DNA of 58,115 nt. Source: a virus (Duplodnaviria > Caudoviricetes). Shown piece by piece: positions 15,319 through 24,300 of this stretch. Position 1 is the stretch's first letter. Every line of letters begins with the position of its first letter. Location: positions 1 to 58,115 of the IMG/VR virus record IMGVR_UViG_3300025806_000029. One strand, 5' to 3'. Below the pieces are notes generated by a model that saw only the letters and a list, made by a program, of their open reading frames with translations, did no database searches and was not told where the DNA came from. The position numbers were made by a program, and so were the translations under genes.

Positions 15319-16816
15319 CGGGCGATAAGACCGCGGCTGGTTGAACCGAGAACGCAGGGATTTTGTAGACGCTCACTGTTTCACTGCTTACGCGAAGTTT
15401 TGAAGCCTCTCCGCCAATTTCGCGGAGCCTTTGCGCCAACTTGTGGCGCTTATACTCAAAAAACTTATTTCGTTGCAAGAAACTTTCGAGGTCGCGAAGC
15501 CGAAGATAGGTAACCGAACTGGTTTCATCGGTCCACGGCTTGCCGAGATGTATCTCGTCCCGAGACTGTGCCGTCTGATGGTTGATGCAGAAATCGCGAA
15601 GATATTCGTAAAAGATACCTCTGGTCGATTCTTCCTCCGCTACCGGAATAACTGCGGCGCTGTTGTCGCGAAGCTCTCCCAGCAGGGCCGCGATCCGTGA
15701 TTCCCACGTGTTCTTCGTGGACGACGGCGGCAGGAAGTTTATCTGCTCCATACACGCTTTCTGAAAGGCGGGCTGCGATAAGAGGCCATCACTATCCAGT
15801 TCGATTGGCACCCCGTTCACGTCTAGAAACCAGACCGGGGGCTGGCTATCGTACTTACGCAAGTTTGCCATCGCTGCCGACGCCGCGCCGCCGACGCCGA
15901 ACTTCCGGGTCAGGCACGTGGGCCGGTCGCAGTACGAGTTTATCGGCGCGTCATTGCACTTGTAGGCGTAGTCTTTCTTTTTCAACTGATTGACGACTAT
16001 ACCGATTTCCGTCAACCCAAGCGGCGGGTTCAGATAAGACATGTTCCACTGCATCAACTCCGTTTCCCAGCTATCCGGGTACGCCTTCTGCAAGTAGACC
16101 CCGATGTTAAACAAGCCGTTGTTTCGGCCACCCTCCGAGATTTTTTGGGGTAGCAGGGTTTGTAGGCACGGCGGGCCGTCCACCAAAAAGTCTTTCTTCT
16201 CGGTCACCGAAAGCGCGGTAACCTGCTCCGGGGTCTGGCCGCGCTCTTCGCAAAGAGCAAGAAACTCCTCCAAAGTCGCGGCGCTTCCATCAACATTAAA
16301 AGCGTGGCGTAGGCTATCTTCGTGCCCGAAATACGGCAGATTAATTGCCGAACCTACGTCGCCGCGCTCTACGTTGATAACCTCCTGCTTTGGGAATATC
16401 TCCGCATCGCCCCACCCCATCGCCGCTGCAATTTTTCGCAACGCTTCTCGCATCTTGGATGCGGGCATCCACTCTTTACAAAAAAGATAGCAGTGCGCTC
16501 CGCCGCTTTTTGAGCGGTCCACGATTAGCGGCAGCTTCTTCTCTTCGAAAAAATCAATCAGCTTTTTGTGGTCGAGGGGGTACTTGTCGATGTCAATGCA
16601 CCCAAACCGCACGTTCGATTCCGCGTTCAGCAGAAAGACCCCGATACTTGTTTCCCCATCCAGATGACCGCGGTATTGCTCCTCGGTCAGCGGCTCTCTT
16701 TTCGTTTGATATGACGCTTCGTTCTTTCCCGAACCATTGACGGCTTTGGGCACCATTTCCAAATATACGGAATCGAGGCCTGAAAAGAACGACGCAAATT
16801 TCTTTACGTGTTCCAT
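15284..16816 (-). CDS. AEP-superfamily primase with PriCT-like domain
   Basis: CIDID, RSKSGGAHCY, PPC...EGGRNNGLF; no P-loop helicase domain. Confidence 0.85.
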   Translation of the reverse strand: MEHVKKFASFFSGLDSVYLEMVPKAVNGSGKNEASYQTKREPLTEEQYRGHLDGETSIGVFLLNAESNVRFGCIDIDKYPLDHKKLIDFFEEKKLPLIVDRSKSGGAHCYLFCKEWMPASKMREALRKIAAAMGWGDAEIFPKQEVINVERGDVGSAINLPYFGHEDSLRHAFNVDGSAATLEEFLALCEERGQTPEQVTALSVTEKKDFLVDGPPCLQTLLPQKISEGGRNNGLFNIGVYLQKAYPDSWETELMQWNMSYLNPPLGLTEIGIVVNQLKKKDYAYKCNDAPINSYCDRPTCLTRKFGVGGAASAAMANLRKYDSQPPVWFLDVNGVPIELDSDGLLSQPAFQKACMEQINFLPPSSTKNTWESRIAALLGELRDNSAAVIPVAEEESTRGIFYEYLRDFCINHQTAQSRDEIHLGKPWTDETSSVTYLRLRDLESFLQRNKFFEYKRHKLAQRLREIGGEASKLRVSSETVSVYKIPAFSVQPAAVLSPVATGEMDDIPF

Positions 16817-16825
16817 GGCTGTCCT

Positions 16826-16858
16826 AAAAGGGGCGACCCGAAGGCCGCCCCGTATTTT
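16826..16858 (-). terminator. Hairpin/terminator between SSB and primase genes
   Basis: GGGGCG/CGCCCC-type stem with short U tract. Confidence 0.6.
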
Positions 16859-17637
16859 TAAAAGGGAATGTCGCTAGAAGCGGAAGGCGTATCGCCCTCG
16901 TGCTTGACGACCACGTCACCGCTCATCACGGTATCGTGAAAATCCTTTGCGCGAGCAAAGAGACCCTGCGAGTCGATCAAGCCTTCCCGGCTAATTTCCC
17001 AGCCATGCCACGAGCCTTTACTATTCTCTTCCGAGATAGTCTTCAGTTCGTACACGTAGGCGTAGCGTGGTGGAGAAAAGACGTTACCGTTCGCCCCCTT
17101 CTCCTGCGCCGCGGCAGCCATAGAGTTCCACTTACGCGACTTCTTCAACTGAGTTGATTTCATCGCAATAAGCGCGGTCTCCGCGGTCCCGTCTTCACCA
17201 ATTACCAGAACAAAATGCTGGTGAGTTTCTTCGATATAGTCACCGTCACCGCCGACAACGTACTCCTTGTTGTCCTCGGATGACCGCTCCGTCTTCGGTA
17301 ACGCGTCGTTGGGCGTATAGATATTCAGCGGAGCGCCGGAGCCTTGGCCGCGAGGAGCCCACTGAATAAAACGCTTCTGGTAGGCGCACGGGACAACCCG
17401 GATGCCTTCTTTGCCCTTGTACACTTGTCCGGAAACGGTGTTGTACAAGTCGCCCTTTCGAGCGTCTTCACGCTCGTCCAAGATCGGATCAAGCCCGCTC
17501 AATATCTTAATGAACGGTAGCGCAAGATCGTCCTGCGTCAGGTTTTCAAGACCCGAACCAGACTCGGCCTCAAACATGGACAAGAGATCGTTTGTTGCGA
17601 CCTCCTGCTTCTTCTTCGTAGCAACCGTATTCGCCAT
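16858..17637 (-). CDS. Putative single-stranded DNA-binding protein
   Basis: DLALPFIKIL...MKSTQLKKSRKWN...GSWHGW; DIPF C-terminal tail; located in the replication module. Confidence 0.7.
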   Translation of the reverse strand: MANTVATKKKQEVATNDLLSMFEAESGSGLENLTQDDLALPFIKILSGLDPILDEREDARKGDLYNTVSGQVYKGKEGIRVVPCAYQKRFIQWAPRGQGSGAPLNIYTPNDALPKTERSSEDNKEYVVGGDGDYIEETHQHFVLVIGEDGTAETALIAMKSTQLKKSRKWNSMAAAAQEKGANGNVFSPPRYAYVYELKTISEENSKGSWHGWEISREGLIDSQGLFARAKDFHDTVMSGDVVVKHEGDTPSASSDIPF

Positions 17638-17639
17638 AG

Positions 17640-18227
17640 TTATTTACCTCCTTTTATGACTGCGCGTTGACCTACCCAAGCTCCGAAAAGATCGGTAGGA
17701 AATTCGTCCCCATTCTCGACACGCTCTTTTACAAACGCTCGTAGCGTCGAGGGGTGAACTTCAGTTTTGGCTTCGGCGACGTAACCTTTTTGTTCGGCCA
17801 TGTCAAAAAACGCCTGCGCCTTGTTGTCTTCGTTTTGACCGAAGCTGCATGAGACAGTGTTCTTGATGATGTCACCGTAGCCGTTTTGCCTCAACCACTC
17901 ATAGACTTGCGGGCGGTCGTCCCTTCGGGGTTGAGCAGAGTAAGTCTGCTTCACCGAAAGTTCGGAGCCGTCGTCAAGCTTGAACGACTGAAGACCGAGT
18001 TCTGAAAACAAAGACGGCATTGCTTCGTCAGTAAGCCTGCGAAGTTCTGCTTTTTGATTTTTCAGATTTTGCTCGGTGGCTTCAATTTCTTGTTCTTGAA
18101 GCCTGATTTGACGAGCGCATTCTGATACGCTAGCCAAAGCATTTTGACCTATCCGTTCAACAGAAGAGGACTTCTCTTCTTCGTGCTGTTCTTCAAGGGC
18201 GTTGAGGATGTCAAACTTTTCGTTCAC
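17640..18227 (-). CDS. Conserved replication-module coiled-coil protein
   Basis: WLRQNGYGDIIKN...VHPSTLRAFVKE; GTG start with AAGGAG RBS. Confidence 0.75.
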   Translation of the reverse strand: MNEKFDILNALEEQHEEEKSSSVERIGQNALASVSECARQIRLQEQEIEATEQNLKNQKAELRRLTDEAMPSLFSELGLQSFKLDDGSELSVKQTYSAQPRRDDRPQVYEWLRQNGYGDIIKNTVSCSFGQNEDNKAQAFFDMAEQKGYVAEAKTEVHPSTLRAFVKERVENGDEFPTDLFGAWVGQRAVIKGGK

Positions 18228-18270
18228 AGTTTTCTCCTTTCGTGTTTCGTGATACGACCCCGTTTCCGGG

Positions 18271-18312
18271 GTTGACTGGTCCTATGTACTCGCTTAATTT
18301 CCCATAGTCAAC
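18271..18312. promoter_or_regulatory. Overlapping divergent promoters
   Basis: Plus: TTGACT-N17-TAATTT. Minus: TTGACT at 18306-18311. TCCCATA box at 18300. Confidence 0.6.
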
Positions 18313-18322
18313 AGGAAAAAAC

Positions 18323-19768
18323 ATGACCTACTCTTTTCAGACAGAACCCTTTGCTCACCAGCTTACCGCCCTGCAAGATTCGTGGTCCGCGGACTATCAC
18401 GCGCTCTTCATGGAGATGGGCACGGGCAAGTCAAAGGTGATTGTCGATACCATGGGCAAGCTTTTCGAGTCCGGCAAAATAAATGCGGCGCTGGTCGTAG
18501 CACCAAAGGGTGTCTATGACAACTGGGTTCAGAAAGAGATACCGGCGCACCTGCCAGAGCGCATCGCTCGAAAGGTTGTCCGCTGGCGGCCCGCCAAGAC
18601 AAAGTCTTTTGAAGAAGAGCTTTATGATCTGGTGGTTAACCCGTTCGACGGTCTGAAGGTATTTGTCGTTAACGTCGAAGCGTTTAGCAGTGGCCGAGGT
18701 GCCGAGGCGGCGTACGTGTTTTTAGAACAGAACCCGGACAACCTGATGGTTGTAGACGAATCGACTACGATCAAGAACCGCAAGGCGATGCGGACAAAGA
18801 ACGTGGTCAAGGCTCGACAGATATCCAAATATCGCCGCATCCTTACCGGTTCGCCTATCACAAAGAGCCCGATGGATTTGTTCGCGCAGTGTGAGTTTCT
18901 GGACCCGTCGGCTTTAGGTATTCGGTCGTACTACGCTTTTCAGAACCGCTACGCCATTATCCAGCGACGGCAAATGGGCCACAAGTCTTTTCAGGAGATA
19001 GTGGGATACCGGCGCTTGAACGAATTGTCGGAAAAGCTGGACGACTTTGCTACGCGAACCTTGAAGAAAGACTGCCTTGATTTGCCGGATAAGCTGTACA
19101 TCCGTCGCCAGATTCCGCTGAGCGCTGAGCAGAAAAAAGTTTACGACCAGATGAAAAAGCTGGCGCTCGCCGCCTTGAACGACAAGTCTGTAGCTACTAC
19201 GCAAAGCGTCCTGACACAGATCATGCGTCTTCAGCAGATTTGCTGCGGGTTTTTTCAGCCGGACGACAAGCCCGTTGAAGACATCGACAACGGCAGGTTT
19301 CAAGAACTGCTCGACGTTCTGGAAGACGCGCAAGGCAAAGTCATAATTTGGGCGACGTTTACGCATAGCCTCCGCAAGATCCGTGATGCGATATCCGAGG
19401 GCCACGGTCCGCGTTCCGTGGCTACTTATTACGGAGAGACGCCGCAGGATGAACGGCAGGAAATTGTAAACCGGTTCCAAGACCCGGACGACGAGCTACG
19501 TTTCTTTGTCGGTCAGCCGCGGACCGGGGGATACGGCATCACGCTAACGGAGGCGACCACCGTAGTTTATTTCTCCAACAGCTACGATCTTGAGATACGA
19601 CTACAGTCCGAAGACCGCGCCCATCGAATCGGTCAGAACAAGCCTGTGACGTATATTGACCTCGTGTGCCCCGACACGGTAGACGAAAAGATCCTACAGG
19701 CCCTAGAAGACAAAAACATACTGGCTGGTAAGGTTCTTGGGGAAGAGGTTAAAGGCTGGTTAAAATGA
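18323..19768 (+). CDS. SNF2-family helicase
   Basis: MEMGTGKS, VDES, LTGSP, GGYGITLT, QSEDRAHRIGQ. Confidence 0.95.
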   Translation: MTYSFQTEPFAHQLTALQDSWSADYHALFMEMGTGKSKVIVDTMGKLFESGKINAALVVAPKGVYDNWVQKEIPAHLPERIARKVVRWRPAKTKSFEEELYDLVVNPFDGLKVFVVNVEAFSSGRGAEAAYVFLEQNPDNLMVVDESTTIKNRKAMRTKNVVKARQISKYRRILTGSPITKSPMDLFAQCEFLDPSALGIRSYYAFQNRYAIIQRRQMGHKSFQEIVGYRRLNELSEKLDDFATRTLKKDCLDLPDKLYIRRQIPLSAEQKKVYDQMKKLALAALNDKSVATTQSVLTQIMRLQQICCGFFQPDDKPVEDIDNGRFQELLDVLEDAQGKVIIWATFTHSLRKIRDAISEGHGPRSVATYYGETPQDERQEIVNRFQDPDDELRFFVGQPRTGGYGITLTEATTVVYFSNSYDLEIRLQSEDRAHRIGQNKPVTYIDLVCPDTVDEKILQALEDKNILAGKVLGEEVKGWLK

Positions 19769-19798
19769 TATACAGTACGATATATCCAAGTTTACTCT

Positions 19799-20251
19799 CT
19801 AAGCGCTTAGGCCTTTGCTGTAGCCGACGCCTTTGACGTAGGTCAAAACCTCGCCCCGCGGCTTGTCCGCTATGCTGCAATGCACCCAACCGGAGTTCGG
19901 GTTTCCGGGCATGTAGCATTCCAAGATAAGCTGGTCAAAATCAAGGTTGTCTTGAATCCACTCAGCTAGCGCCAAGTTGTCAACGCTTGGTACTTCAAAG
20001 TCCGCCGCCTGCCCTTTTGCATGTTGGGACTTTCGACTGCTCCCGATTGCTTCACAAAGCTCCGGTGACCGGTATCCGGACGACGGCGAGAACGCGACCC
20101 CGTAATGCTCGCGAACAGGTTCCAATATATCTCTGCACACTTTTTCTAAATAAGCCATTTGAAAAGCGTCAGGAGTGTTTTCAATTCCTAGACGGGCGGC
20201 GGTCTGGCTCTTAACAAGTTCGCGCAGTGTAAAGTGTTCGGACAGATTCAT
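19799..20251 (-). CDS. Peptidase M15A endolysin
   Basis: LSEHFTLREL, SGYRS, SQHAKGQAAD, FDQLILE, WVHCS. Confidence 0.92.
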   Translation of the reverse strand: MNLSEHFTLRELVKSQTAARLGIENTPDAFQMAYLEKVCRDILEPVREHYGVAFSPSSGYRSPELCEAIGSSRKSQHAKGQAADFEVPSVDNLALAEWIQDNLDFDQLILECYMPGNPNSGWVHCSIADKPRGEVLTYVKGVGYSKGLSA

Positions 20252-20910
20252 TATTTTCTTCCGTAAAGAGACCCGATTCCATTTTGCAGAGGGACCGCAC
20301 CTCCGCGAGCGTAAAGACCCGCTTGACCGGCAATTCCACCAGTAACATCAACCCCGGTTTCTTCTTCAACGGCACCCGTAAGCCCTGTTACGTCCGATAA
20401 AGCGGAAAGTCCCTGAGACGCAATTACGCCACCCAACGGGCCCAAGCCTAATACGCTCGTTGCGAGACCAATCGGAGAAGGGTCAATTAAACCGGCAAAC
20501 GCCTGACCGGGAGTGACCCCGAAAGTTTCAGAAAAACTGGCGTTGCTCTCCACAGGGCTGGCGGGATCGACAAAACCGGGGTTTTCTACGTCTTCTAAGC
20601 CGATAAAACCGGTCGAAAAATCCGTTGTCTCACCCGGCCCTTCCTTGCCGGGGCTTCCCCACCCTTCAAAACCGGCTCGGCCCGCCGCCGACTGAGCCTC
20701 CGCCGCTTCTGCCGCTTCTGCGGCGTTAGCGTCGGCTTCGTCTTGAGCCTCTTGGCTAGTCGCTTCGCCCTCGTCAACGCCTTCGCCTCCGCCGCCTCCG
20801 CCGCCTCCGCCGTCGCCGCCAAAGCACCACCGGAATTGATCCTGCCACTCGCCACTTACGTGGTGACGGCTTTTCTTATATGCTTTTTCAAGTAGCCAGA
20901 GCGCGTCCAT
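20251..20910 (-). CDS. Gly/Ala/acidic low-complexity virion-like protein
   Basis: Likely start MDALW at 20910; WCFGGDG(n) tract; YARGGAV near the C-terminus. Confidence 0.7.
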   Translation of the reverse strand: MDALWLLEKAYKKSRHHVSGEWQDQFRWCFGGDGGGGGGGGGEGVDEGEATSQEAQDEADANAAEAAEAAEAQSAAGRAGFEGWGSPGKEGPGETTDFSTGFIGLEDVENPGFVDPASPVESNASFSETFGVTPGQAFAGLIDPSPIGLATSVLGLGPLGGVIASQGLSALSDVTGLTGAVEEETGVDVTGGIAGQAGLYARGGAVPLQNGIGSLYGRK

Positions 20911-21367
20911 TTTCTTTTCTCTTCTGTATGAGTTTGAATACACCCGGCGTCCAACGCGCATGACCGCCTTTAGCAGGCCGCCGCCAAAGAGCGCCGTCTT
21001 TAGGGTAAAGATGAAGATACCTGTCTGTCAAATCGTCTTGAACTTTACGAGCTATTTTTGCGGCGTTACTGAACGGAGCAACAAAATCGATGACCCACAA
21101 AGTGCCTTCCCCGCAATCCGTGGCCCAGTCGCTAGGCTGGAGCTTTCTCGTGCCGTCAAGATAACCCTGCTGCGCGACGTCGGTCAGAAACGTGTGCGAG
21201 TACAGGCCTTCTATTGCCCCAACGTCGTTGTAAAACAGTACCATACGTTTGTTTCTCAGAGCAGGAAAGACAAGCCGCTCAAGATCCTTCAGGTAAAAGT
21301 TTCGATGAAGCTCGGACTCCAGAAGCAAGTCTATGGCGTCACAGAAAGACTTCCTGTCTTGGAACAT
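20888..21367 (-). CDS. HlyC/CyaC-family toxin-activating lysine acyltransferase homologue
   Basis: S-E-L-H-R (catalytic Ser/His), P-A-L, DW...G.LWVIDFVAPF signature; 159 aa. Confidence 0.85.
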   Translation of the reverse strand: MFQDRKSFCDAIDLLLESELHRNFYLKDLERLVFPALRNKRMVLFYNDVGAIEGLYSHTFLTDVAQQGYLDGTRKLQPSDWATDCGEGTLWVIDFVAPFSNAAKIARKVQDDLTDRYLHLYPKDGALWRRPAKGGHARWTPGVFKLIQKRKENGRALAT

Positions 21368-24300
21368 TAGCCCACGTTCCTACCTGCGCCCAGTATTGGG
21401 TCATTCGGGAACAACGTCGCCAAGCCTTGCCGCTGTTTTGGATTAGCTTGGCCCGTGGGCCGCGGAGCGGGGGCCGGGGCTGCCTCGGTAAGGCGCTGAG
21501 CCAAGGGCTTGAACTGCGGAACTTGGACCGAAGATTGAGGTCCGGGTACGGGCTGCGTGTTTGATCGTCCCGAAAATCCGGGCCTGCGAAGGGCACCACT
21601 TCGGGGAGACTCGGGAAGAGGAGAACCTCTTTCCTCGGATTCGTTAGCTTCTCTGAGAACCGCTTCCGTTCCGTAAACGAGCCCCCGCTTAGTCGGCCCA
21701 ATGATACCAGCCCGCTTCATCTGGTCTGCAAAAACCCGTAAGAACCCGCTAGGGGTCTTTTTGTCTTGTGCGGAGTCCCGCATCACTTTTGTAAAAACCG
21801 CAAGCTCTTTAGGGTCTTGAAAGAGCATTACAAGTCCGTCAAAAGCCCTAGCTGCTTTCGCATCAATAAGAACTTGTTGAGCCAAGTCTGCACCGTAACC
21901 GGGGATTTGTATGGACCCGCCGCCGCCAAGAAAAGGCGCTATTTTTGAAATAGCTTTTTGAAACGCACCCCCCATGAGAACACCAAAGGTTCGAGCGCCC
22001 TTTCTTGCTAGGACACTGTCTCCGCCTATGTCGGCCAAACCTTCTTTAGATAAGTCGCGCTGTAGCTTCATCAAGCCGTCAAAGGATCGCCCAACGCCTT
22101 CAAACTCTTGGGAACTGATAACGCCGCTATCCTTCATCCACTCCATAAGGGAGGGCATTCTTACCTCGGCTCCCGGCGTTTGAGGGGGCTCAAAAAGAGT
22201 TGCGTACAACGCCTGATAGTCTCCCCCGGCATCACTTGAAAACTTAGCCTTGTCTTTAGCGTAGTCGAAAACAAGGCTTTTAAGTCCTTTTCGAGCATCC
22301 CCTACTAAGGCCTCGGCAAGCCGTCGAGCGTCGGACTCGCCATAACTCTCAAGGTTTATTCCAAGCTCTTTAGATAATCGGTCTACACCTATACCTGTTT
22401 TTTTTGCTTCTTCAATCAAGGCCCGTGGGTCTTGCTCGGCCCTTTTTTGCATGTCCGTAATGGGGTCGAGCATTTCGTCCCAAGCAAGCCTTCTGTCTTT
22501 AGTTTTTTGACCATCAATACCTTTAATTAAAACCTGCAAAAAGTTTACGTCGTTACCGCCTCTGGCAAACTGTGACCAGACCTTTTGCTGGTCGGTTATA
22601 ATGTCGTCCAGTTGGTGAGACACAGTATTTCGATCAATGTCTACGTTAAGGGCGGCCAAATCCTCTAACTGTTTTTTCAGACCCGGGGCAAGATTTAAAA
22701 CGTCTTTTCGTTTGTTCAGTATTTCTTCAATCACCTTGCTTGGAATAATTCTTAGGTTTTCGCCTTCTTCTATTCGGCCCTCGTCTATCAACATTTTACG
22801 AAGTGTCGGGTTCAGCGCCGCACTAGCCGCTTTTGTTTTTACAATGGCCCCAAAAACTAAGTTGTCCACGAGAGCGTCTATGCTGGGAGGAACCTCGACG
22901 CCTTCTGGAGCGCCTGCCGCAATCTCGCTTGCTTCGTCAGCGGTCACGCCCGCAGGAACATTACTTCCTCCGGGAAGAAACTCTGTGTCCGGCAAAGAGG
23001 GGTTTTCTTCAAACTTTCCCGCCAGCCGAAGTTCTTCCATTCGTAGCGCGGTTTCGTCGCCAAGAGTTCTAAACTTCCGCATCAAAACATCTACGGGGGC
23101 CTTAACGCCTTGGCTATCCGTCGCCGCAATGTCTTTGAGGACGCCGCGTTGAAACACGTTCTTTCGCGCCTTGTAGTAAGACCGGGCAAGGCTAAAGGCG
23201 CTGGCAAGCTGCTCAGAAGTCATGTCGATGCCTTCGCGCTCTAGTCCTTCAACCATCATGCCTTCCTCTAGCTCAGAAGCCAGCCTACTGTCAAACAAAG
23301 CTGTTTGGTCGTCGTTTTTGCGGGAGTTAGCTAAAAGTTGGCTTCGAAGATTTTTAAGCGTTTGATAGTCGTAACCGTCGGGTATGTCATCGGGCGACGC
23401 CCCGTTTTTAATTTGGTCTTCTAGTTTTAAAAGCGAGCGCTTAGTCTCAAGAGCATCGGTCACGTTTGAATATGCGGGCGTGACTCCATCCGCCTCGGAC
23501 AAACGCATTGCGTCGGCTCGAACTCCTTTAGCGATAGCCTCGTCCAAGATTGCAATTTTTTGTTCCAGTGAACCTGCGTCGTCAACTCTTTGGTTGTACG
23601 CGTCAAAAATAACACCGTTGGGACCGGCAAGCCTTGACGACTGGTCAGAAAGATTGTCTTGAGCTTTTACCAGCAACTCTTGTTGCGTAACCTGACCAAG
23701 TTGAACCTGCTTCCAGTCGTCATATTCTTTTCCAACCCGCTTTATCAGCGATACTGCGGCATTAGCTTCGGGAGAAAGAATAATTTGAGCTTCGTCTTTT
23801 GGAAGCCCTAAACCGTCAAGGTCAAAAACCGGGCCCTCTTCAAGGTCAAATTTTATTTTGTGGTCTTTTATGCCGTCGTACAGTCGATCTGCCGTCGCTT
23901 TTGTATTGTTATAGATTTGATCGTAGGCCTGAGAAACTCTTTCGGCCAACTGCTTAAAATCAAGATCGTCGCCTTGAACCTGTTTAAAGGCTTCTTGTAT
24001 CTTCCCAACGCGGTCAAACACGGTGTTAACAAGGTTTTGAGTTTGCGCGGCGGCCAAAACCTCCGAGGCAAGACGATACCCTTCGCTAGTTCCGGTGTCG
24101 AAACCACTAAGCATATTCAAGAGTCCACGCGCCTGAATGTTAACGGCACCTTGAGTCTGCGCGTCAAAGTCCACGCCAGCCTTTTCTAGCTGCTGTACTA
24201 TTGAGTTTAAAACAGGGTTCTTGCGTATTTCTCGAAAAGCCCTCGCAGAAGCCTCCGGATCTGTCTCGTCCGATGCAATCTTTAAAAGGTTTTCTAAAAA

